Of a stretch of 62,000 nucleotides of DNA, positions 23,347 to 36,200 are shown piece after piece; position 1 is the stretch's first letter; the number at the start of each line of letters is the position of its first letter. The position numbers were made by a program, and so were the translations under genes. The stretch comes from Acanthaster planci (Eukaryota). Under the pieces are notes generated by a model. It saw only the letters and a list, made by a program, of their open reading frames with translations, did no database searches and was not told where the DNA came from. The stretch is taken from contig NW_019091405.1 of the NCBI RefSeq assembly GCF_001949145.1, forward strand, positions 1,240,001 through 1,302,000, in the 5' to 3' direction.

Positions 23347-23668
23347 GGGGAGCGGGTTAGCGTAGCGGTTCTTTCCTCGCTTTACACCAATNNNNNNNNN
23401 NNNNNNNNNNNNNNNNNNNNNNNNNNNNNNNNNNNNNNNNNNNNNNNNNNNNNNNNNNNNNNNNNNNNNNNNNNNNNNNNNNNNNNNNNNNNNNNNNNNN
23501 NNNNNNNNNNNNNNNNNNNNNNNNNNNNNNNNNNNNNNNNNNNNNNNNNNNNNNNNNNNNNNNNNNNNNNNNNNNNNNNNNNNCTGATTAATAAAGTGTA
23601 TGAATAAACGTTTTTGGCACAAATAGCCTGAGATGCTGAAAGCGCCATTAAAACAAAACAACAACAAC
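23347..23668 (+). mobile_element. second copy of the tRNA-derived SINE (spans a gap)
   Basis: 5' end GGGGAGCGGGTTAGCGTAGCGGTTCTTTCCTCGCTTT and 3' end CTGATTAATAAAGTGTATGAATAAACG...CAACAACAAC match 21651-21932. Confidence 0.85.
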
Positions 23669-24257
23669 GTTAGGATCAATATCCAGAATTGAGCTGAGAA
23701 CCGACGCACAAATAACTTGTCTAAGTTGGCGTACGCTTCGACATCGGACGTCCGACTTTTGTCCCTTCATAAAATTCAATGAATAAGTTAACTTATCATT
23801 CAATGAAATATTAGGCCTGCCCGGAGGCCCTGAATTTGCGCGTGCAATCTTCCAGTTTACAAATTGCGCAAGTACCCAATTTGCGCACAACACAGCATTT
23901 CCGCGTGTACGTGTATGCATATCCGACGGCTGAATTATTTCATTGCGATTGAACTTAATTTGAAAATGAAAAAGAAGCACCATTTAGTCCATCTTCTGGT
24001 GAAAATAGATAAAAAGGAACTTCAAAGTTATTACATACTGTGAATTCGTTGATTTTTTTCACATTTTGGAGTAATTTTGGGATTATTGAAAAACTATTGC
24101 TAATCAAACAGCCGTCACGTATGTGTTAACACTTGGTGGCGCTGTGTTATGTTACTGGTGCATGCAGCACGCGTACGTACGTACGGTACGCACGTTAAAG
24201 CTGGCACAGAGAGCTAATTTGACAGAAAGGGACAACGCGGTACGGGGGTTAGTCAAG

Positions 24258-27200
24258 ATGGAACAGATTTTCCTATTTTTCTGCACCATGTGGCTAGCTG
24301 TTGCTTCAGCATGGGCACAGGATTACTACAATGCGTTATCTTCCAAGGATTTTGAATCATTTAAGAACGCTGTTGTGCCCTGTGCGGTTTATTTTGTTTC
24401 AAAGTCTCCTGAAAAACTGAGTGAGTGTTGTTCACACATGTACTGTATGTCTGCCTAAATAGTACCGGTTCGTGGGCCTGCATCATACATGTACGTTCTT
24501 AGTGACTTTGAGTTCTCGAAGTAATCCTACATCAAAATGCAGTAACAAGGCCCGATTAACTAAGCTTATATAGCACAGGCCTAGACTCTATTGGAAAAAA
24601 AAACAGAACAAGTTTATGTAGGCGGTAGGCCCACATATTTACACATGATGTAGGCCTAGCTCAATCGACTTCAGTGCACTGTTTTATCATGGTTATAGGT
24701 TAGATTTAAACACTAGGTCTAGGACACCAAGTTATGGTACTGTATTTAAGTAGGCCCTGGGCCCAGGCCATGATGGGGCAGGGGGTTAGGAAATCCGTCT
24801 TGTTACATGTAGCCTACTTGTAAACATGGTAAAGTTGGTAAGATTGTAACCAAGTCCTTTTTAAAGATTTGTGGTAACAGTTTTAGACATGTTCAATGTC
24901 TGAATAACAGTTCTTGAAATCGCTTGAACATGTTGAACATTATGGAATTGCAAACTTCTGGTTGTTTTGTAATTGGTAACTAATCAATGAAGAGAAGTTC
25001 AAAAATGCAACATTTCTATTTCTTCTGGAATTTGATCAACGCTACAGTTTCTTGGTAAGAGTTGTATATGGACATCACTAATTTTCCTTTATTACATGTA
25101 TAGGCCTACAGTGATCTATTAGTCATCAGGAAGTGATAATGTTACACCCCAACTATAGCATCAACTACAGTTGGGCCCGTCCCAACTACAGTGCTTCAGT
25201 TGGGCCGGCCCAAGTACAGCAGAGAGGTCCTGTGTGCATGATGTGCCCAGCATGTGCCAAAGTCATATTGTTTACAAATGTCATGTCATTGGTCATAGGG
25301 CTAGATGAAGAGATGAAGTGCCACATTTTAGATGAATTGTGTCAAGTGTGAGACACATTGACTTGGATAATGTTGAGACATTTCCCACAGACATTGGTCA
25401 ACAAAATTGGGCCAGCCCAACTGCAGCATTACAGTTGGGACTGTCCCAACTATACATGTAGTTGGGACTTAAGCTATGCAATGTAGTTGGGGTGTAACAA
25501 TAACATGTCCTAAGTCAAATTTAGCAGAGAAAATACAATGTACTGAAGCATTTACTCAGAAAACGCTTCAAATTTTTCAGACCAGTCTCATAGGTTTGTG
25601 CACAGCAGGTAAAGTGATGCCCAGATATGGAAGTCTCTCCATTTTCTTCACAATGTTGTGTTTTCTTGCCAAGAAAACAATTGATCTTAATATCACAGAG
25701 TAAAATATTTTGGCATTTGAGCATTTGATTGTTGAGGAAATTGTTTTGCTGTATTTGCCTTCAAGGTTCTTGTCCATGTGGAGGCAGTTCTGGATCACTA
25801 GGGCATACATTATACAATCAGCCAATGTGCACAATGTCTGATCGATCTGTGTGTTTGGTCAGATGCTATATGAAATCTCCAACATTTGTCTCATGTTTGA
25901 AACACTCTCATACAGCCATGAATTAGAAAGAAAGTGCTATTGGCTGATGGCAGACTTTTCAACAAATCGTGCAATGAGATCAAGCAATTGAATCGAAAAT
26001 GAAAATGAATAATTTGGCTGATAACAGAATAATCAGTTAATTGTGCAAGTTAGTTTGAGTGAAGTGTAAAGATAGAGTGGTCATTCAAATATACTGATCA
26101 TGCCCGACAGTAGACGTGCACGGTAAAATATGTCATGCACTATTTGCTCCTTGTACTCTGCCACCATAGGCATGCAGAGCCTCTGGCAAAGTGGCTTTGT
26201 ACAGCAGTTATCATAATCCTAAATCCTTACCGTCACTGGTGGAGGCCGTTTCAAATTACGAGTGATAACATTTCCATGGTCATCTATATCACAGGCCAAT
26301 TTTTTTTTCTTTCAGAAAAAGATTGGCAAGTAAAGGAGTTCTTGACAAACTTTATGGATTCTGGGCGGTACCTGACAGACTTCAGTGTCAACTTTGCCAC
26401 AGTAAGTAAAACTCTCTAAGGACAAAAGGCTTAAATTTTGTATTCCGACATGTTGAAGGAAGTCTATGCCTTTCTCCATAATTACTGTTACAAATACAAT
26501 GTATGTAGCTGTAGCTTCAGGCTTAACTATAGTTGAGATGGCCCGAATCCCAATTGGAATGATACAGTTAGACGAGCCCCAGTCCCAAGGCATCTGGTGT
26601 TAATAGTCTCCTCAGGTAACTACGTGATGTACAGTCCTATGCTGCTTCTGCCAAGATTGTCATGTCATCCGCAAACACTAAATATCATGTTTGCAAATTT
26701 GCAAACTTGAAAATGTCTGATTTCTTACTTCCTAAATACTACCATGGTTCCAAAACATCACCACTGTGATCCACAGCCCCACAGATTTCATTTCATTTCT
26801 TATTTCTCAAGGCATAAACAAACAGAGAACATATGAGACAACAATAAACAACTGCCATGGCAACAGCCTTGATGGACTACCAAATGCGAACTTAATCACA
26901 ATCGAGTGGCTCTGCAAATGTTACCATGCTGCAAAAACGGTTTAAATACAGGATCTATAAAAATATGCACAACTAGAAAAAAGAAAAGAAGAGTAAAACA
27001 ACAATGACCACACACCATGCCACATCTTGGCAGAGAATCAAGAATCCCTACATCTGAAACAACAGGCCCAACCCCCACAAACAATCATATTGTCTGTCCT
27101 TTCCTTCTTTCCCAGGCAGTTTTCAAAATTGCCCGTCCACTCCTAGCCAAATCTGAAAAATAGCGCTGTTGCTATTTTAATCCGTATTTTCATTGCACCT

Positions 27201-30200
27201 GATGCTTTGGAAAGAAATGTAAGGAATTATTTTCCACTGTGGAAGGTTTGTCTTCAAGTAATGAGTGGGGCTTGTAAATTTTGTTAACAAAAAATACCTG
27301 TCCTCATTAGTTTTTGCCTGTCCTCACAATGTTTTTGCCTGTCCTCATTAGTTTCTGCCTGTCCTCACAATGTTTTTGCCTGTCCTCATTAGTTTTTGCC
27401 TGTCATCACAATGTTTTTGCCTGTCCTCATTAGTTTTTGCCTGTCATCACAATGTTTTTGCCTGTCCTCATTAGTTTTTGCCTGTCCTCACAACTTTTTT
27501 GCCTGTCCTCATTAGTTTTTGCCTGTCCTCACAATTTTTTTGCCTGTCCTCATTAGTTTTTGCCTGTCCTCATTAGTTTTTGTCTGTCCTTAGGGAATTT
27601 GGACAGGTGGCTAGATGAGACACTGCTGTGATCAATCAGTCTTGTGCATAATGTCAATTGATCACTTTGACACCTGCATCATAATGTTAAGTCATCATCA
27701 TAATAATGTCTATACCACAGTAGTCATTTAGTGTTTAAGGATGATCTACCAGTCGGGCATCAATAGTCACAGCATGAAACTGTACTGGTTCATTCTTTAA
27801 TTAATTTGGGGTCAATTTTTTCCCCATCCTTACTACATCTGGCATATGATTTTGTAAGTTTAGAACACATTCTTTAATTTCCAAGAGTGATGAATTGGTG
27901 CAGACTACCCGTCAAACAAGTAAGAAACAGTCTGAAATCGATTTCAATGATATTGATTGCTTGTCAAATTACCCAGGTCAGGTGTCCCAGAAACAGAAAA
28001 TGTATAGGGCCCCCCTGCTCTAGTAAAAAGAGAAGACATTAATGCCAGCTGCCTTCAGGCAAGGCTAGTGAGTCTGAGTACAGCGCGAGGCAGGTGCAAC
28101 ACAGTAGTCCTTGACAGCACTTGCAAGTGAAATTTATCCACTTAGAATTGTGTCACTGTTAAGGAAACGGCGAACCAGTGTATACAGTATGTTTTCATAA
28201 ATTTTGCAGATTTTGGTGGCAAAAAATGGCAGAGGGAGCTATGAAAAAATCTTATTGAAACTTGTGAACCACAGTTCAAGTAACTCATCCATGCCAACTG
28301 CAGCTCTGTGATTATCCCAGCTACAGTTGGGACTGATGCTGTTGTTTGGCTGAACGTGACTAAAGTGGAGGCTTGGTTTCAAAATGATTTTTTTATCTTT
28401 AGAGACAAATCAAATTCTATTTTAAAATTGTAGTTTTATGACAATATTTGGATGATTCTGTACTTTGTTTTGTCCAGGTTGATTGTCATTCTGATCCTGT
28501 GCAGGATTATTGTTCCAGGGACAATGCAAGGAGTACACTTTTTGTATTCAGGTACATGTAATGAACCTTCAGAAAATTTTGGTAAAGTGTAAAGACAAAA
28601 TTCAGGCATATGCTTGATACTTTCACTGAAACCTATGCATCATATTAGACAAGTCTGGTGAAATGAATTAGGAGCCATTGTATGGGGCTGTCCTGTTTGC
28701 ACGCAGGTGGTACATGTGTGCACGTGATACCTCTCTGAGTTATGGGGTGTTATGTCTTACCAAAGTGCATGGGTGCACTCAAGTTAAGACGTGTGTGAGT
28801 GCGATGGCCCTGCAGGAATGGCGTCCCCTCAAATGTGTCTATTGGTATAACAATCTTTGTACATATCCGTTTAGACATCAATTCACCGTGTGCCACTGAA
28901 ATGCCATACCAAATGAGCTGTTGCTCGGATCATCCTGTGTTCAACCACTGTACCAAAATTTGATGTTTAATTAATTTTTAATAGAGGTTTTAGTGTTATT
29001 TTGAACATTTCTTTGTTCTGTCAACAGACATGGCCACATTCTCACTGAACTGCCGATGGATTCGTTGTACAGTGTTGATTCCATCATTTCAAACATGCTA
29101 CAGTAAGAAATGATCCAATATTGAACCTACTCATAAAAGTTGGGATATGACCATCCGAAAAGTGTATTTTTTTTAACGTGAAGTTTTGATCACCTCTTTA
29201 AAGTAATTTGTTTTGGCTTGGATAGTTTGTTAAACTACAAAAACCTTCAGTTAATCCAACTGCTTGGTCTTTATACGTCTAGCATTGTTAGCAGACTCGT
29301 ACAACTCATAAAAATCACTTGACCTCTCTTGGGAACCAAGCACAATGCTTGTTTGTTCATACTGATGCAAAGTGTCCAAGGCAATCTTACATTTTTGATA
29401 ATGTAGAAGGTTTGTTGGTCCTGCCATTATCAGGCAATCCCCTTGTCTTTCTGCATGTACTTTATGCCCTATGGAAGATGAAGTCAAACACAAAGTCAGA
29501 ACTTTTGTCCAGGATCTGCGGATAATGTTAGCATGATCAACTGATGGCCCATGCCTGCGCCAAAGTGTACACAGCTCTTAGGGTCTTGGTCTGACACAGT
29601 TTAATTGAATACCTGTTCATGTCATGTAACTACAATTTACCACATAATCAAACAAGTTTATAATGTAGTTTGTAGACAGTGAAATGCTTATTTTAGGAAT
29701 GTGGTCCCAGCATTGTGCTTAGAATCTAGCACAAACCCCCAAAGTTGTATGAAAATTATACTGAATTTAGAGGCCTCAGAACTGTTAGAGTTATTTACCA
29801 AGTTGTCTGTGGGGTTACAAGGCCTGATCCACGTCATATATATTATGTAACAAGGAAACCTTAGATTGTTTGTTTGTTTGTTTATCGTTCCCTCTTCTAG
29901 TCTGGTGCTGTTACGAGAAGTTCCCCTTATACAGGAACCGGCAGATCTAGCATCTATGCAGCAACGCCACAAAGGACACAAAGATATCCTGTTTGCAAAG
30001 ATGATTGCCGTGGGCACATCAGGTAAGTCACAGTCGGTGTGATAGCTGGGCCACATTGGAGCAATGATTAACCCATGTTAACACGAATACCCTCCTGAGC
30101 ACACCAATGGCAGGAGTACGAGCCGTGGGTAAGCAAGGGTACACTGGCTATCCAGTCAGGATTACATGCTCACATCATGCGTTAAGTTCACGATGGCAGA

Positions 30201-33200
30201 AAGAGAATTGGGTTTGAATTGGTAGTCAATGTAAATAATTCTTAATACATTCCAGTTCTTATAATAATTCCTGTCATTTTTTCATGGACAGAGCACCGTG
30301 CATTTATGGAAGGAGCCTTTGCATATGGCCACCTGTATAAGTTTGTCATGACCACAAATATGGGCACCAACATGCTAGGACCTGGGTAAGACTTTGCTTT
30401 TTTTTAAACACTTTTCTAAATGCATTTATTAAATACATGTATTTCAAACTTTGATAATAACTGTCGTTGATGTTCAGACATTTCATTCCCTGATTATTCA
30501 GTTTGATGAAACATTACCTAAATTCTACTTTCAAATGAGAACAGTTGTTCGTTCGTTGAGGTGAGGAAGAAGGATATTTGTATAAGTGCATGTAGCTTCA
30601 ACCAAGAGCCATTAGCAGATGGGGGGACGGCCGAGGCTAACGGGACTACCCCTCTCCCAAATTTGTACATAATGACAGAATAATTTGGGGAGAGATTATT
30701 CTTTTCCCTTCCTACCAGAAGTGTGTCGAAATCTCCCACATTTACCCTCACGTGAAAGAGCCCATGAAGATTCTTAAATCTGTTGTTCTTCCAAAAAGGC
30801 CTCCCCCCCAAAAAAACAAATGTTACTCCCCTTCAAAAGCAAAACTTGTTCTGGATTTGGTCAAGCCTGGGGCAAATAGGTAGTTGAATTTACTGATTTG
30901 ACCAATTCCAAACTGTTACTAATTTTATTTCCGGTATTGAAAACCCACAAAGTAATGAATTGAGCATACATGTAAAATGACAAGGTTGGAAAGAATATCA
31001 CTTTTCAAATATTTAAGGTAATGAGGAGCATAACCGTGTACCTCTGGTGGTAGATGGTTTGTACCTTAGAAATTCTCTCTAATTTCAGACCAGATTAGTT
31101 TTCAAAGAAAGAAGTGAAATAAATAAAAACAGTTTTTTTGGGGGGGGGTGCGGGCATTCCGNNNNNNNNNNNNNNNNNNNNNNNNNNNNNNNNNNNNNNN
31201 NNNNNNNNNNNNNNNNNNNNNNNNNNNNNNNNNNNNNNNNNNNNNNNNNNNNNNNNNNNNNNNNNNNNNNNNNNNNNNNNNNNNNNNNNNNNNNNNNNNN
31301 NNNNNNNNNNNNNNNNNNNNNNNNNNNNNNNNNNNNNNNNNNNNNNNNNNNNNNNNNNNNNNNNNNNNNNNNNNNNNNNNNNNNNNNNNNNNNNNNNNNN
31401 NNNNNNNNNNNNNNNNNNNNNNNNNNNNNNNNNNNNNNNNNNNNNNNNNNNNNNNNNNNNNNNNNNNNNNNNNNNNNNNNNNNNNNNNNNNNNNNNNNNN
31501 NNNNNNNNNNNNNNNNNNNNNNNNNNNNNNNNNNNNNNNNNNNNNNNNNNNNNNNNNNNNNNNNNNNNNNNNNNNNNNNNNNNNNNNNNNNNNNNNNNNN
31601 NNNNNNNNNNNNNNNNNNNNNNNNNNNNNNNNNNNNNNNNNNNNNNNNNNNNNNNNNNNNNNNNNNNCATTTTTCGGTTTTAATCAGTGTTTGTAAATTG
31701 ACTTCAGATGGCAAAAATGGAAGTTGAGGCCCAAACATGTTGCGGAACTCATAGCATTGGCATGACTTGTCTGCTCAAGCATAGAGATTGGTGCCCCCCC
31801 CTCCCCCCGAGAAATCTGCTGGGAACATGGATGATTAAAGTGTGGGCAGATGAGTGAACCTTACCGAAGAATCATTCAGTATCCCTGATGTGTGCCTCAT
31901 GCTTGTTTGGACATTATCCATTGTTGCATGAGGACTCTCATTGTTACATTGCATCTATCATCAGGGCTGAAGCGTTCCTGGGCTGTAGGCACTAAGTCAA
32001 TCCGTTCTCTAGGTGCTAACATCGTGTATTTTATAGTGCTCAAGCCTCATATTTTACGTCGATGTTTGACTCGTACTGGGCCATGTGCTTCCTAGTTTTA
32101 AGCCTCTCTAAAAGAGAAAATTCAAAGAGAGACATTTAAACTTTTAAAGCCTACCTTTTGCACACATGTTTATTGGTCTGGGGTGCAAGAAACACTACAC
32201 TAGTATAATTTTCGTAGGCCCTCCAATGTTTCGGAGGCCCTGGACGCGTTTGCTATGTCAGCTGACAGAGTTTTCATCTTTAACTGCTGATTTGGACTTG
32301 AGTTGTAATATTTTTGACTACAAACCTGACTTGAGCAAATTTGATGTGAAATTACCAACTTCTGTTGAAATCAATAATGTAAACAAATACGCCGTGCATG
32401 TACATACCAGTATACCATATGTGTGTCTGTCACATTCCATGGGCAAAATGAAAGGAGCTGTCTGGTTTCATTATACATGTACATGTATGTACACTGATGC
32501 TTTGCCTCAAGAAATATAAGCATATCATGTTGGACAAAAATGAAATACCCTGATTGAACTTATTTTGTGAAACATTATATGTGTACCAGTAGGTCACATC
32601 AAAAATTATGGATGTCAAAAAAGTGTGCCGATTGACATGTATATAACATCATATAGGCTTGAACAAATTCAGGAGTACATATGTATCTGAGAAATGGGAA
32701 AACTTGACTTGTGACTTGGCTAAGGGGGGAAAAAATGACTTATGACATTACTTGTGGAAGAAAATGACTTGGTTACAATGCTTCCCGTTGGGATAATCAG
32801 GCGCTGTCTGTTATTGACACAAATACCCAATACTAGGACTTGTAGTACGTTAGTGGCAAGTGTGTATGCAGAATGTGTTGGCCAAACCCGAAATAAATTA
32901 TGTACATATACCTGTCTGAAATTCTGTGAATGCACCAGACACCTTTGTGGCAATTCCATTAGGCTCAGTAGGCAGAAGGGCAAACAACATATGGTACTCC
33001 TTGTGGGACTTGGCCGTCATCCAGCGTCCTTCTTTAATTACCAGCTGTCCCCAGTGGAGTTCAGATTGCAACAAGAAGATTCTGTCACTGACACCTGCCG
33101 AGCAGGATCTTGTGCTATGCTGGCATGCAATAACTTGTGCGTGGTTCCCAGACAAGAATTACATTTGTGTTATTTGCATTCCTATGCTACAAAGGGCCCT

Positions 33201-36200
33201 GAATTGTAAACGCCAACGTTTGAGGTTTGGTCTATGAAAAAGTGATCTCACAAACATGACAAACCTGCGATGTGCGTTGGCTATTTAAAAAAATAACTTA
33301 CTTGCATGTATCTTAGGCATTGCCGCATAAATGAATGGAGTGTCAAAATGTACATGCACCATACATATTTTGCTAGGACGGTGGGAGGGTTGAGGAACAT
33401 TGCCATGTATTATGAATAGCTTCATGTGGAAAGGACAGTAACCAGTTGAGAGTTTAGAAGCAAAGAGCAGTCATTACTTATTTGTTCCTGGGAAATGTCT
33501 TGCTTTGATAGTGCTGTTGTGCATTTTGTGTGAATTCATGCGAGATCTCCTAACTGCAGATGTGTACATGTAGCTGCCATGTATTAGTGGATCACTTGTG
33601 GACAGTATTGCTTATGTAGTTGGTCAGAAATGTGGACTTATCGGGGTTATTCGGACGAAAGACTTTGGTTCACCAAATTGCCGTGGAGCGATATTGACTA
33701 CAACAGGTACCTGTGTACAGGTGTCACGTTCAAGTTAATCACATGATCCGCTTTCATGAACCTGTCAGACTTTTTGTGTGTACAAAAGAAATGGGGGAAC
33801 AGGATAAGTGCTGGAGGTGACTTGGTGGGCATGTGGTAGTTCAATCCGTCAGCCATGCTTATGCATACTGATGACTAGATCATGTTAACGTGTCCTCTGG
33901 TGCAAGGTGGTTAAGAGGAGAAACATGCACGTGTCCGGAGATCAAGTCAGAGGGGGGTCATCCATGGCTGTTCAGTGTTGGTAATGTTCTGCAGAAAAGC
34001 TGTCGGTGAGGGATGGAGCTTTTGTAACGCAAAGACTTTTGGTTTTATCCAAATTGTGAATCTTGTGATCTCATGATTACATTTTGTCATTTCTGCCCGT
34101 TTAAGGTCCGAGGAGGAGTGGGAGGAGCAGGAGAATAGGGTGTGGCTACTCCAGTGTAAGCAGGCATCCTCACTGGACTTGTGTCATAGGTCATTCTTCC
34201 GGGGCAAGATGCGCGTGGCTGACTTTGCCTTGTACCTGAAGACTCTGGATGTTCTTCCATATGTGAGTGCAGTGTTAATTCTCACCTTACGCAAATGCCC
34301 TAATCTTTCACCATAAAGGTTGGTGTTGTTGACAGTCTTTTGTGGATTGAAGAGGAGGCAATGGGGCTAGAGCCCCTACCTCTCTCAGGAATTTTTTTTT
34401 TTCAGAAAAAATGAAAGGCAGTCCCCAAATTTACCACTCAGAAAAGCCATAAAAGAAAACCCCAATTTTTGACCTAACCCCTTTTGGGTCTCCCTGAAAC
34501 ATATTCAGTTCTTGATCATAAAAATACCATGGAACGTCTGTTGATAATGCAGCAAATGTTTGCTCTCCACGATACACACCAGGAAAGGCTGTGGCAAGTG
34601 CTGCACCATTAATTGATTGTACGATGAAATGGGCGATAAAGGGGAGGGCTAACACCTGTTTTCGTGATGATATTCCAAAAACAAACTGTACGTGTAAGGG
34701 CGTCCCACCTTACGTACCTTGTTTGGTTCATTCTACATGTATTTTCATCCGTGTTTCACTCATGATTGAAAAGATGTCAGCAGTGCACTGTGCGAGTTTC
34801 GGGAACAAAAGAAACTTACATAACACCGCACAATCTGGTGTCTTTTCACAAGGTGGCAGGCCTGGCTGAAATACTCGAGTGTCAATAGATGTTGTCTGTC
34901 AGATTAGAGTAGCCACCAGACAGCCATTCGTGTGGGTGTAAACGTCCAGTAAATGAAGTTATGAATTTTTAAAGAATGTTGAAAACAGAAAAAAATGAAA
35001 AATCACTCGGCCCAGCAGAATCAACATGGATAAATGGGCCCGGCGCGAAGTGGTTTTTATACAAACCTCCAAAATGCACCTTTGTGTCTCAGTTAACCTT
35101 ATTTTCAACTTTTTTCCACTATTTCAAAGGGTACTTTTTGTTACTTTGTGCTTCTTGTTGGCTTAGAATAGCATGGTGATTGATTGTGCAAGTGCATTTA
35201 GTCTGAACACTTTGTGGACCTAATTTCATGCTCTGCCACTTCCTGGTATCTATTAATTATAATAATAATTATTGATAACACTTGTGTGCCCTCAACTTAA
35301 TGAGAAACAAATGCAGTTGGGTGTTCAATTCTCCTGACAGAAGGACTCTGAAACAAAAATTATGTATGCATGACTTAAAATGGTTTGAAACTTTAGCGAG
35401 CCTGCACCACATGCACTCGGTCATTCACTTGAGTTGATTTATTAAGCAAACTTTGCATGATCTGAGTGCATATTCTGCTTACAGTTAATGTTAACACACC
35501 CTCGTCAGTCTTGCAAAGAATAATTTCTCTTCGTATAATTAATTTTTGGGTCCGTAAGAAGTCATCACAAGAGTACTTGAAATAACTATTCCAGTACTAC
35601 CAGCATTTTGGAGGGTTTCAAGTGAAAACCCTGCACAAATTTAATTTTGAAGTGCTTTGCTCCATGCATACTGGGTTGCCACGTTGACACATTGTATATG
35701 TGTCCTTGATGACGGGCCCATAACCTAGGGTACGTGTGGGTAACTGCCATTTTGCTAAGGATCTCCATGAAATTACAATGTACATATAAATCATCGTTCA
35801 AAAAGTAGTGAAAATGGCCCTGTTCAAAAGTGTCAATGTGCGTCAGGATGAATCAGTCAAGTCCATCATAAGTTAGGATGAGGAGAATTATGCATTTGTC
35901 ACAGTTGATTTGAATGATTTGACTTGTGACAGGATAGCTAGGGTTGAACTCGCTGGAATATGTGATTGAGTGGACCAGAACATTGCCATGGTGATGCATC
36001 CAGGGTGCATGAATGATGTTCATGTACGTGAAACTTCAAAATATTTCTCAAGACCTATCTTCAACCTTTGGAATTTCTTTGAATTGAAAACCTTGTTTTA
36101 ACAAAAGTATTTTTTTTAATCCTTAATCACAATACAAGGAGAAAAAGTGATATGTTGAAATGAGAAATTTGTATGGGTAATTCTATAAATCAGGGTCCAA

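Noticed and set aside
23876..23895. ERSE (CCAAT-N9-CCACG) in the TXNDC16 promoter
   Set aside because: CCAAT is present but the second half reads ACACA, not CCACG.
27885..27936. C/D box snoRNA (GTGATGA...CTGA)
   Set aside because: It lies within a multi-copy MITE family and has no terminal stem or evident guide.
32166..33237. Overlapping ORFs in TXNDC16 intron 6 as a second nested gene
   Set aside because: No family motifs; they look like chance ORFs.
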